The position numbers and the translations under genes are program-made. This document shows positions 28,914 through 37,467 of a stretch of 64,000 nt of DNA, one piece after another. Below the pieces are notes generated by a model. It was not told the origin of the DNA, searched no databases, and saw nothing but the letters and a program-made list of their open reading frames with translations. The stretch is from a virus: positions 3,761 to 67,760 of the IMG/VR virus record IMGVR_UViG_3300029994_000005, one strand, 5' to 3'. Every line of letters starts with the position of its first letter. The first letter of the stretch is position 1.

Positions 28914-29450
28914 TTGATTTACGCGCAGATAAGAAATAATACAATTGTAAATACATTAGAACTTGAGGATTCAAGTCTTGTATCTTTATTCCAAAATGAC
29001 TCCAATGGAGTTCCTTATGACTCGGTTCAACAGATAGACGCTTTGTCTCCTCAACCTGGGATTGGATGGATTTTTGATAATATTGGTTGGAATCCTCCCA
29101 ACTCAACTACTCCACCACAAAGTGCAGTTCAAATTTATACAACACTTGTTCAAAATGCTATTATTTTTGGACAAAATCTAACAATTCAATTTGCAACTCA
29201 AAATATTATGTCAGGAATTACTCAATCGGGTAAAACACAAGCAGTATTAGATTACGCTTCAGACCTTTATACTTACCTTTCTACTGGATCACTCTATGTA
29301 GCCATCACAGAAATTCAAACAATGATTGCCGATACAAGCGATGCAAAAACTGCTCTTGCCCCTTTTATCACAAATAGCATACTATATTCTTATATGAATC
29401 AGATTCAGGGATATCTCAACCTTCCCTTAACCATAAACCCAGGATCGTAA
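28914..29450 (+). CDS. Hypothetical protein
   Basis: 178-aa ORF. Confidence 0.5.
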   Translation: MIYAQIRNNTIVNTLELEDSSLVSLFQNDSNGVPYDSVQQIDALSPQPGIGWIFDNIGWNPPNSTTPPQSAVQIYTTLVQNAIIFGQNLTIQFATQNIMSGITQSGKTQAVLDYASDLYTYLSTGSLYVAITEIQTMIADTSDAKTALAPFITNSILYSYMNQIQGYLNLPLTINPGS

Positions 29451-29974
29451 TGAAACAAATTACTATAGGTTTTTCTCGGGCTTGTACAACTTTTCCTATT
29501 TTCAGTTGGCTGATCCAATTAGTTCAAAAGACTAACTATTCGCATGTCTATTTGAAATATCACGATGAATATTTAGGGCAAGATATGATTTTTCAAGCAT
29601 CGCATAGTGTTGTAAATTCTATGAGTTTGCCAGTGTTTTTAGCACAAGAAACTGTGGTTAAAGAATTCACATTCAATGTTTCAGATGTCACTTTTCTAAA
29701 AACTATGCAGTTTGCGGCAAATCAGGCTGGAAAGCCGTATGGAGTGCTTGAGATATGTGGACTTGCACTAGTTGAACTATGTGCCCTGATCGGAATAAAG
29801 ATCCAGAATCCAGTGAAGGATTCTGGCCAGACCTACATCTGCGATCAATTAGTTGCGGCCATATTGAATGAATGTGAAAATGTTGTGTTGCCAACAAACA
29901 TTAATAATATGATACCAAAGGATGTATTTGCTTTGGTATCAACTCTACCCGCTACATTATCAATCGACAAGTAA
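29450..29974 (+). CDS. Hypothetical protein and last gene of the plus-strand module
   Basis: 174-aa ORF. Its 3' end overlaps the convergent minus-strand gene by 15 nt. Confidence 0.5.
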   Translation: MKQITIGFSRACTTFPIFSWLIQLVQKTNYSHVYLKYHDEYLGQDMIFQASHSVVNSMSLPVFLAQETVVKEFTFNVSDVTFLKTMQFAANQAGKPYGVLEICGLALVELCALIGIKIQNPVKDSGQTYICDQLVAAILNECENVVLPTNINNMIPKDVFALVSTLPATLSIDK

Positions 29975-30343
29975 ATCGCCCAAAGCCATAACATCACTCA
30001 CTGTGATGCCTTCGACTTTGGTGCCAAGTTCTGCAACGCTAATGGCTGGAACTGGAGCATCAATCTGAAGAAGCTCAGAAAGCTCAGCAGCATAAGCTTC
30101 TAAATTTACCGGATCAACGTTGATTTTCTTATTTGCATCTTCAACGAAATTACCCTCTGCATCTTTCGCGGCGTATTTCCTCACCAATTCATTGCGCATC
30201 TGCTCATACATGATAGCATGCTCATTAAACTTCAATACGAGCTTTTTAAGCTTCCATACAGTCGCGATGGGAATGTGCGGCGACTGGACAATCTTTTCTA
30301 AAACTTCTTTCGCAGCAGTCGTAGATACAGTCAATAATTTCAT
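29960..30343 (-). CDS. Hypothetical protein, paralog of 30492..30866
   Basis: 127 aa. The C-terminal region (...AYAAELSELLQIDAPVPAISVAELG...) parallels that of the neighbour (...LFVNELNELLDLDIAIPTLSVSELG...). Confidence 0.5.
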   Translation of the reverse strand: MKLLTVSTTAAKEVLEKIVQSPHIPIATVWKLKKLVLKFNEHAIMYEQMRNELVRKYAAKDAEGNFVEDANKKINVDPVNLEAYAAELSELLQIDAPVPAISVAELGTKVEGITVSDVMALGDLLVD

Positions 30344-30491
30344 GGACTCTCCTTGAGAATGTAGGTTTCAAATATCGTACCATACGTCTTATAATAAGTC
30401 AAGATTATTTTATTACGTACCCATTCTTTAGTGAAATCATATAGTTAAAGGTAAATCTTAATCTTTGGAGTATGTATGGAACTTAATGCAA

Positions 30492-30866
30492 TCACTCAAC
30501 AAGAAAGTCTAAGAGCATAAGCTCCTCAGACGAGATCGAGATATCGTTACCAAGCTCGCTGACAGAAAGCGTAGGGATAGCGATGTCTAGATCTAAGAGT
30601 TCGTTCAACTCGTTAACAAACAACTGACCGTTATCGCCTTCCAAAGGGACATTGCCTTGATCGTCGGTATCTAGGCTACCGTCATCTTTCTTCTTGCCGT
30701 AACGGTTCAAAGACGCAAGACGAACTTCATCATACTTGCTGTACTCTTCGTCGATCTTTTTGATGATGGTCTTGAGTTTAAATGCAGCTTTAAGCGGCAG
30801 TTTCTGCGAATTAAGCTGAGTTAGAGTCGCTTTAAATTTAGGGTCGATCAACCTAGATAACTTCAT
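30492..30866 (-). CDS. Hypothetical protein, paralog of 29960..30343
   Basis: 124-aa ORF and a tandem paralog of the adjacent gene. Confidence 0.5.
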   Translation of the reverse strand: MKLSRLIDPKFKATLTQLNSQKLPLKAAFKLKTIIKKIDEEYSKYDEVRLASLNRYGKKKDDGSLDTDDQGNVPLEGDNGQLFVNELNELLDLDIAIPTLSVSELGNDISISSEELMLLDFLVE

Positions 30867-30896
30867 TTAGGCTCCTTTTTCTGATAGGATTATACT

Positions 30897-31217
30897 ATGG
30901 GCAATTTCTTCCGCCAACTTTTTAGTGAAAACTCAGGTGTGAGCATGATGCGAGTCATGTCTCTCCTAGCACTATTTGCGGCAATCGGAATTGGATTCTA
31001 CGGAATGACAAAACTCCCAGTCGATTATAGTGGAATCACTATGTTGACAGGTGTATTCTTGAGTGCTGCCTTCGGTGGTAAGGTTATGCAGAAACGCATC
31101 GAAGCTAACGGTGCTAAGTCTGATACCGAGATGACCACACGCCCTAATGAGGCTATGGCCCCGGTCTCTGAGAAGACTGTCACAAAGATCGACGTTAAGG
31201 TCGATAATCCAGACTAA
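30897..31217 (+). CDS. Small membrane protein with two predicted TM helices
   Basis: 106 aa with hydrophobic stretches SLLALFAAIGIGFYG and ITMLTGVFLSAAFGG. It is a plus-strand gene embedded in the minus-strand region and has no obvious RBS. Confidence 0.45.
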   Translation: MGNFFRQLFSENSGVSMMRVMSLLALFAAIGIGFYGMTKLPVDYSGITMLTGVFLSAAFGGKVMQKRIEANGAKSDTEMTTRPNEAMAPVSEKTVTKIDVKVDNPD

Positions 31218-31486
31218 AAACGACCGGACCTACCCTAATCGGATAGGCCCGATCTACTCCTCGGGAGAGTAACCGATGATTGCCATCGATACATATCCCT
31301 TGATTCAGATTTCAATCCTATCGCGTTTAAATCGTTCAAATGATAAAGATATCATTCGTTCTTGTCGTGTGTTCTTGGACGTCCTAGGGCCATTAGATTG
31401 AATTGTTACCAGCCCCCTCCAATAGACTACTGACTAACTACTGTTCATGTTAAGATAAGGCTAGGTATCTATAGGGTGGAGTCGAG

Positions 31487-31891
31487 ATGGAAAAGAAAAC
31501 CGGCAAGTCGCTTGAAGACAAAGTAGACGCTATTAGCGAACAGCTCCACAAGATGGACAAGGATTTAGCACTTCAACAGGCTGCATTCGTAGAACTGTCG
31601 CGCCACCATGAGCTGCTATATCAAGAACTTAAACGCTCAAACGATATCCTAAAAGCTAATACAGACTCTCTCAGAGAGCACATGCACAGAACCGAACTAC
31701 TCGAGGATCTGGCTAACAAGATGGACGGACGTCTATCACCTATCGAAAAAAGACAAATTGAAGAAGACGCTGTTCGCAAGCACAAGCATGAGACCTTAGT
31801 CCGTTGGGGCAAGATACTTGCTGCACTTGTTGCATTTAGCGGTCTTCTAATGTGGGCTAAGCCTTTACTGCTTAAGTTGCTTCTCCCATAA
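31487..31891 (+). CDS. Coiled-coil protein with a C-terminal membrane anchor
   Basis: 134 aa with RBS ggtggagtcgagATG. The C-terminus ILAALVAFSGLLMWAKPLLLKLLLP is hydrophobic. Confidence 0.5.
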   Translation: MEKKTGKSLEDKVDAISEQLHKMDKDLALQQAAFVELSRHHELLYQELKRSNDILKANTDSLREHMHRTELLEDLANKMDGRLSPIEKRQIEEDAVRKHKHETLVRWGKILAALVAFSGLLMWAKPLLLKLLLP

Positions 31892-31960
31892 CTCTGGTAT
31901 AATGTTATAAATAGGCCGTGAGACTTACCTCACGCCCAATTATCTTCAAAGGAGATAAAT

Positions 31961-32344
31961 ATGGCCCTACTTCCTCCAATTCCGGACAATCAGTCTGGCA
32001 ACATGGGTGGCAGCTCTTCAGCTCCTAACCGTGCACCTGCTGCTAAAGTTATTCAAAAAGCTTTGGCAAACACTCGCGTTGCTAACCAAGTTGTCGCCGC
32101 TCTTAGCGGTCTTTCAACTCCAGCAGCTATCATCGCTACCCATGCTGATGCTACTACTGACTTCGCAGCTCTTATGGTCGGCGACATCGTCCTCCATATT
32201 CCTGCGACAGCTGGTAACACGTCTTTCGGCGTTGTTGCTACTGCTGGAACTGCTCCTGCAGCTGCAGTTGTTGGTGACTTGTACCTTGTGCACCGTCCAG
32301 TAAACTTGGACAGCAACATCGGTACAGCTCCCGCGCTCGTTTAA
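31961..32344 (+). CDS. Ala/Val-rich hypothetical protein
   Basis: 127 aa with a strong RBS (caaaggagataaatATG). Confidence 0.5.
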   Translation: MALLPPIPDNQSGNMGGSSSAPNRAPAAKVIQKALANTRVANQVVAALSGLSTPAAIIATHADATTDFAALMVGDIVLHIPATAGNTSFGVVATAGTAPAAAVVGDLYLVHRPVNLDSNIGTAPALV

Positions 32345-32359
32345 TTTCAACTCGTTAAA

Positions 32360-32776
32360 CTAGCTCTTATTGGGTCTGGTGTGTTCCACCAGACCCTTTA
32401 TTTTTTCAGCCACGTATTCCGGATCGTTAAGTAATCGATTCAATCCGGAGGGGTGGGGCAATTCATAAAAGTTCACACCTAGCATCTTCAATGCGGTAGC
32501 GGCAGTTTTTCCTACAGCTATAATTGGTACATCTTTGTGGTGTGCAATGATCATTGCAAGATGGTTAAGTCTACCCTTGATCTCTTTCATCGTCAGTTGT
32601 CTATTGCCTGGTGTTGGTGTATTGACCAGATTGTGCATAATAGATATGTTTATCCCTGCCTTTTCAATCCATTCGTGCAACGTTTTACCACTACCGGTGG
32701 ACATATCGAATGCTCCATTGCCCTTAGACGCTTGCGATGGATTAGATCCAATGAATAAAGCTGTGCGCGGTTTCAC
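32360..32776 (-). CDS. Uracil-DNA glycosylase superfamily protein (family-4-like)
   Basis: N-terminal motif LFIGSNPS...GNGAFDMSTGSGKTLHEWIEKAGI and C-terminal HPSGLN resemble UDG-superfamily motifs A and B. Confidence 0.5.
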   Translation of the reverse strand: MKPRTALFIGSNPSQASKGNGAFDMSTGSGKTLHEWIEKAGINISIMHNLVNTPTPGNRQLTMKEIKGRLNHLAMIIAHHKDVPIIAVGKTAATALKMLGVNFYELPHPSGLNRLLNDPEYVAEKIKGLVEHTRPNKS

Positions 32777-33873
32777 GATGTCCTCGGTTTAATCTGTAAA
32801 TGATAAAAATCACCAACCGTAGAGCAATTGATTTCTAAGTCTAGCATGGCTGAACTATCTTCAAAGTCACTATATTTTTCTTTAAAATAAAACTCACTTA
32901 TGCCTGCCTGCCACAACATTCTGATACACTTAGTGCAAGGAGATAGGGTGCAATAAAGTATACAATCACCAGTCTTAACTCCTGATCGCACTGCGTTACA
33001 TAATAAGTTTGTTTCTGCGTGTATTATATAATTATATTTTTCTGGACGAGATGTGGGTAGAGAACTGTCTGGTCCACCCCTAACGAACCCATTAAAACCT
33101 TCTGCCGTAACCGCTAATGTTTTAGGGTCTATTAATAGGGCTGCAACTTTAGTATGTATGTCGTGTGACTGTGACGCTATAACTACAGCTCTATCGTGAT
33201 AGATTTTAAGTTTTTTCTCTGAGATCGGGTTATTGGTTTGGTTAAACTTGTTATTTTTAACTATTCTCTGTATTTGTTCTAAAAAATGTGTTGCAGAGTA
33301 ATCTAATTTCATAGTGTTGCAAGTAGCACAACTTGTGACACAGTTTGATGTTTGGTACCCAATAGAGTTATCCAATCTATCGATTCCATTGTATTTAACT
33401 ATTGTGTGTTTATTTTTTTGAATGTTGGCAGGGGAAGCGTCACAGTAGAAACAATTTTGAAAAATAAGCCCCTTAAACTCATCTAAGGTTAGATTAAAAT
33501 CATAATTTCTAGCCTTAGCATTGCCCTTATAATCTAGAAAAATATTATTGATAGATGTCGTTTTTAGCTGTTCGTCTGTTCGAGCATATCTATTGCCACA
33601 GTGGCCACATCCACTTGAGGTGCCATTAATTAAACTTGCAACTTTTATTGACTTAAGAACACCACATTTACACTTTACATCTACATATCGTGTTTTTTTT
33701 GATTTTAAGTTTATCTTAATGTAAGGAAGAGACATTATTGTCCATTTATTTATGACAGAATTTAAGGCAATATTCTCTGTCTTAGATGGACGTTTCATAC
33801 TCTTATTTAACCTCTGCCTACAAAGGCATTTCTCTATCTTTGATTCACACGTAGGATAGATACACCGACGCAT
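32773..33873 (-). CDS. Fusion ORF of an N-terminal Zn-ribbon plus HNH-like endonuclease domain and a C-terminal dCMP deaminase domain
   Basis: The C-terminus has HAETNLL...CTLSPCTKC (Zn-binding CDA fold, as in dCMP deaminase). The N-terminal about 200 aa has CKCG...SSGCGHCG and YNGIDRLDNSIGY...NCVTSCATCNTMK (HNH-like). It is one continuous frame with no internal stop. Confidence 0.7.
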   Translation of the reverse strand: MRRCIYPTCESKIEKCLCRQRLNKSMKRPSKTENIALNSVINKWTIMSLPYIKINLKSKKTRYVDVKCKCGVLKSIKVASLINGTSSGCGHCGNRYARTDEQLKTTSINNIFLDYKGNAKARNYDFNLTLDEFKGLIFQNCFYCDASPANIQKNKHTIVKYNGIDRLDNSIGYQTSNCVTSCATCNTMKLDYSATHFLEQIQRIVKNNKFNQTNNPISEKKLKIYHDRAVVIASQSHDIHTKVAALLIDPKTLAVTAEGFNGFVRGGPDSSLPTSRPEKYNYIIHAETNLLCNAVRSGVKTGDCILYCTLSPCTKCIRMLWQAGISEFYFKEKYSDFEDSSAMLDLEINCSTVGDFYHLQIKPRTS

Positions 33874-34679
33874 TACTTTTTCTTCTCTTCGATTGCGGGT
33901 TCTTGCGTATATAATATGTAATCTCTGTATTCAAAGACATATCTATTATCCCGATGACGACTTGACGTTGAAACCTTATAGGTATATGAAGAGTTAAAGA
34001 ACGGAGTGAAAGCTTCGCCTTTGCGAGTCATCTCGCGTTCGCATTCCATGATACATCTAACCATGTAGTCAGACTGAATGTCTTGGGCACTCATAGGAAC
34101 CTTAACGATCTCGTTAATAACAACTTCTGTTTTATATCTACCTGTGAAATCCTGAGTGGTCCAGTATTTATCTCCAACTTTAAGCTTATCGAAGAAGTCA
34201 TTAAACCCCTGAAGTGTTTTAAACTTCTGACCCTTCTTGCGGTTGACCTTAGTGATGATCTTGCGTTGCTCTAACGCCTGCGAGTGGATCTTCTTGATGT
34301 CAAAGTCGCCACCCAAGAACGTTGCTTCTGCAAACTCAGGATCAACTTCAAATCTTGTGGATTTGTAGTCAAAATCAGTCATCGACCAGATCTCTTGACC
34401 AAGAGTGCCGTTAGCAACGCGAAGCTGCTTAATATAGCCGATACCAAACTCGTCTTCATGGATGTAGACGTAACGCTGAGCCATCTTATTGTCGGAATTT
34501 ATATTTTCCGTAATCCACTCAGTCTCATCACGAGGCTTATATCGAGCCTGTTTACGAATGAGAACGTCGCCGATCTCGAACTTCATGAATTCTTTAATCA
34601 CCATCCACTTGCGGATAGGATTACTATTCATCTCGCCTTCGAGTTGCTGTTTCTGTTTATCGTCAAGCTCAACTTTCAT
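33873..34679 (-). CDS. Hypothetical protein
   Basis: 268-aa ORF whose stop overlaps the start of the downstream gene. Confidence 0.5.
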   Translation of the reverse strand: MKVELDDKQKQQLEGEMNSNPIRKWMVIKEFMKFEIGDVLIRKQARYKPRDETEWITENINSDNKMAQRYVYIHEDEFGIGYIKQLRVANGTLGQEIWSMTDFDYKSTRFEVDPEFAEATFLGGDFDIKKIHSQALEQRKIITKVNRKKGQKFKTLQGFNDFFDKLKVGDKYWTTQDFTGRYKTEVVINEIVKVPMSAQDIQSDYMVRCIMECEREMTRKGEAFTPFFNSSYTYKVSTSSRHRDNRYVFEYRDYILYTQEPAIEEKKK

Positions 34680-34776
34680 ACTATCTTCCTGTGTCCGATT
34701 TCATAGGTCCGCAAACTTTGCAGACAATACGAGTGCCCTGAGAATTGCCGTGCTGGTCAACTACTTCTTGCCAGAA

Positions 34777-34923
34777 TCACTGGTGAGGAGGACATTCTTT
34801 CTTCTCCACGATAATCTGGTTACCATGAGCAGATCCATCTGTAGGCTTAGCGGCAGATGCTGCTAGACGTGGAACAATGACTACTAGTGCAAAAATGACG
34901 ATTAAGACAAATACAAAGTCCAT
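34777..34923 (-). CDS. Small hydrophobic membrane protein (48 aa)
   Basis: Sequence MDFVFVLIVIFALVVIVPRLAASAAKPTDGSAHGNQIIVEKKECPPHQ. The ATG overlaps the upstream stop (TAATG) and an RBS ggagga lies just upstream. It is below the ORF-track threshold. Confidence 0.4.
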   Translation of the reverse strand: MDFVFVLIVIFALVVIVPRLAASAAKPTDGSAHGNQIIVEKKECPPHQ

Positions 34924-35186
34924 TATTCCTCCGGATCGAGTTCAGTTGACGAGATACTATCTTCTTTAGCTTCTAAGTCATCGATGATGCTCTGTGCACC
35001 AACAAATACACGATGTGGATCGTGAGTCACCTTCTTAAGGCGTTTCATTTTAACTTTTTGCTTGATCTTTCCACGGATAGGACAATTAAACTCTACTTCA
35101 ACTTCCACGATCTCTTCAATTGTCGGGTCTTCGAATACATGCTTCTTTTTGTTTTTAGCACCCTTGGGTCTAGCCATTATTTCCAC
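34923..35186 (-). CDS. Hypothetical basic protein
   Basis: 87-aa ORF. Confidence 0.5.
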   Translation of the reverse strand: MEIMARPKGAKNKKKHVFEDPTIEEIVEVEVEFNCPIRGKIKQKVKMKRLKKVTHDPHRVFVGAQSIIDDLEAKEDSISSTELDPEE

Positions 35187-35713
35187 TCCGTATCAATAAT
35201 CTGTTGCAATGCCATTGTGTATGCCTTGATGGGCCCTGGTACTTTGCGCGTATACGCGTACGAACACCATTCTTTGTACGATCCTTGAATAATCAAGGTT
35301 GTATATATGTTAATGGGGGTAAGGACCTGTGATACAAACGCATCTGCGCCATCTGCTTGATAGGCTCTGGGATTGATAAGAAGGGCAGCAGTTGTGCGAG
35401 AAATATCATTAGAGATCGCTTGTGCTGTAACGACGTCGCTTCCTCCAAGCTGAGCTGCCGAAGGGATATATGCTTCTGACTCGACATCTGCATTCTCCGT
35501 GTTGATGATCTTAAATGCAAACTTAGATAGGTCTAGCTGAACAAACAGTGGACACTTCATAACTACAGTGAGTGACCCCAAGTCTTCAAGAACAGTAGGG
35601 TATTTACCAAAGAAGAACTCTTGATCTATATCTCTTAGTTTCTGAGTGGTATTGCAGCTATCGATAAGGGCAACGAAGCCCTTATCGAGAACTGGTATCT
35701 TATTGAGTAGCAT
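35177..35713 (-). CDS. Hypothetical protein
   Basis: 178-aa ORF. Confidence 0.5.
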   Translation of the reverse strand: MLLNKIPVLDKGFVALIDSCNTTQKLRDIDQEFFFGKYPTVLEDLGSLTVVMKCPLFVQLDLSKFAFKIINTENADVESEAYIPSAAQLGGSDVVTAQAISNDISRTTAALLINPRAYQADGADAFVSQVLTPINIYTTLIIQGSYKEWCSYAYTRKVPGPIKAYTMALQQIIDTEWK

Positions 35714-36192
35714 TACAGGTCCTCGTCTTCCTCTTCGACCTTAGCTTCTTCTTCTTCTTCTTCTTTTTTCTGAGCAAAAGGATTATTCTCGTTGTCGTCT
35801 TCAGCAATACCTGCACGACAAGTGTAATCCTTAACGTCGTCAAACACGCCATCGAGCATCGACTCAGTAATGATGTCTTGGAAGTGAGCTTCGATATAAT
35901 CAACCGTGTTCTCGTCCAAGATCTTCATAGCAGCAGCCAGATCTTTTTGCAAGATAACAACTTTAGCATGATGCTGGTGATCTTTCCACATGATGCCGAC
36001 AGTCTCACACATCTCTTCAAATGTGAAGACGCCGCGGATCGTAGAGGGTAAGAACTTAGCTTTAGAGCGATCGCCTGAGCTAACAGCCACGAGGAATGAT
36101 TCTGATTTAAGGGAAGAGAGATCCATCGTCTCTAATTCACCAATGAAATCATCTCCGGTCTTAACTGGCAAGTTCATATTTGGATCAGACAT
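35713..36192 (-). CDS. Hypothetical protein with an acidic poly-Glu C-terminus
   Basis: 159-aa ORF ending in the tail EEEEEEAKVEEEDEDL. Confidence 0.5.
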   Translation of the reverse strand: MSDPNMNLPVKTGDDFIGELETMDLSSLKSESFLVAVSSGDRSKAKFLPSTIRGVFTFEEMCETVGIMWKDHQHHAKVVILQKDLAAAMKILDENTVDYIEAHFQDIITESMLDGVFDDVKDYTCRAGIAEDDNENNPFAQKKEEEEEEAKVEEEDEDL

Positions 36193-36386
36193 TTATCACC
36201 TCTGGATTATATATTATTTCGGATCTTTTAACTCACCGTATGTACGTGGACGCACAGTATACAGGGCAGTATAGCGAAAGCTATCTACCGATAAAGTCTT
36301 GATCTTGCCCTTAGAGTCTTGAATCTTAATGAAAGGATCTGTAGCTTGAAGTCGATTAGCTCTATCTCTAGGTGCAGGCTTAATCT

Positions 36387-36647
36387 CTAAAACAGTGAAG
36401 TGGCTCTTAGCTGAACCAGTTCAGCTTGTTCTGCTGGAGTCAACGGCTGCATGAGCTGGCCAAGCAGTGTCGTAATTTGTGACACAGTTAGAGTACTCGT
36501 ACCAGTTGTAAGCTGCGGCATACCAAGGCCACCGATATTATTGTTGTTGCCGCCAGGAATCGGCTGATTCTGGTTCAACATATCGTTTAGATCTTTTGTA
36601 AGCTGATCTATTGGATCGTCTTTTTTATCGAATGGCCACATACTCAC
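36387..36647 (-). CDS. Hypothetical protein
   Basis: 86-aa ORF that ends in a TAG stop. Confidence 0.45.
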   Translation of the reverse strand: MSMWPFDKKDDPIDQLTKDLNDMLNQNQPIPGGNNNNIGGLGMPQLTTGTSTLTVSQITTLLGQLMQPLTPAEQAELVQLRATSLF

Positions 36648-37441
36648 ACCTCACCGAGCATCTTTTTTACCATCTCTTCGTTCTTCTCATAGATGTGTAA
36701 GCTGTGCACAGTGTGAGTGTAATGTCCTTTAGTGAGGTTAGGATACACATCTTTAAGTTCTGCAACCATCTTATCCATGAGACCGCAGAACCACGGAAGG
36801 TCGTATACAAGACCCAGAGTGAGATCGTTCGAGCGCATGACGACAGATAGATGTAACTGGTCGTTGCGGATCAAGAAGTTGCCATGCATCGTGCAAGTCT
36901 GATCCTTATTGCCGACCCACTGATGTTCTGGAAGAGAGAAACGTAGGATAGCCTGACGAGTATCTTTATCAGCAAGAAGAGACTGCTTCGCCCACTCCCA
37001 AGGAGTGCGCATAACGTTTTCTTCTACTAGGAAGTGCGCAGTTTCTCCGTTTTCGTAGACACCTTCGTGGACAACTGTTTGGCGCTCAAAATGAGATCCG
37101 CTTGACTTTTTAGACCAGATAAGATGGCCGTACGCGCTGTTAACAGTGCCGTCAGGGTTAGCGAGACTGAGCCAAAATTTTGAGGCTCGTCCGAAATCCT
37201 CTGCAGAATTCGTGCAGGAATCATATAGCTCCACTTCTTTCCGGGTGTATGAAGCAATAGTTTCGTTGCGCTTTGGATCTCGAGTAACGATAGGATCATC
37301 AGTAGGTCCCAAAACCCGGAATGAGTAGTCGAGTACTTCTCTGCAAGGTTGCCCGCGTGGCGCGCTCTTGACGTCAGGGTTGTAGTAGACATCCGCGAGG
37401 GTACCGAGATAGGCTTCCGAGACATTTTTATATACTTTCAT
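36644..37441 (-). CDS. Thymidylate-synthase-fold enzyme; divergent, and possibly a pyrimidine dNMP hydroxymethylase or methyltransferase rather than a canonical ThyA
   Basis: Motifs align by eye to Thy[15 protein letters not shown] corresponds to [50 protein letters not shown] corresponds to PCHAFFQFYV...[39 protein letters not shown] corresponds to GDTHLYSNH. Asp replaces the Asn that selects for uracil. Confidence 0.7.
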   Translation of the reverse strand: [265 protein letters not shown]

Positions 37442-37467
37442 GCGATCTCCTTACGGAGGCGATTGTA

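Noticed and set aside
32007-32350. Extra ORFs in both strands across the Ala-rich gene: 32007-32303 +, 32053-32319 -, 32114-32350 -
   Set aside because: GC-rich and Ala-rich coding sequence is open in several frames. Only the frame with a strong RBS (aaaggagataaatATG) is retained.
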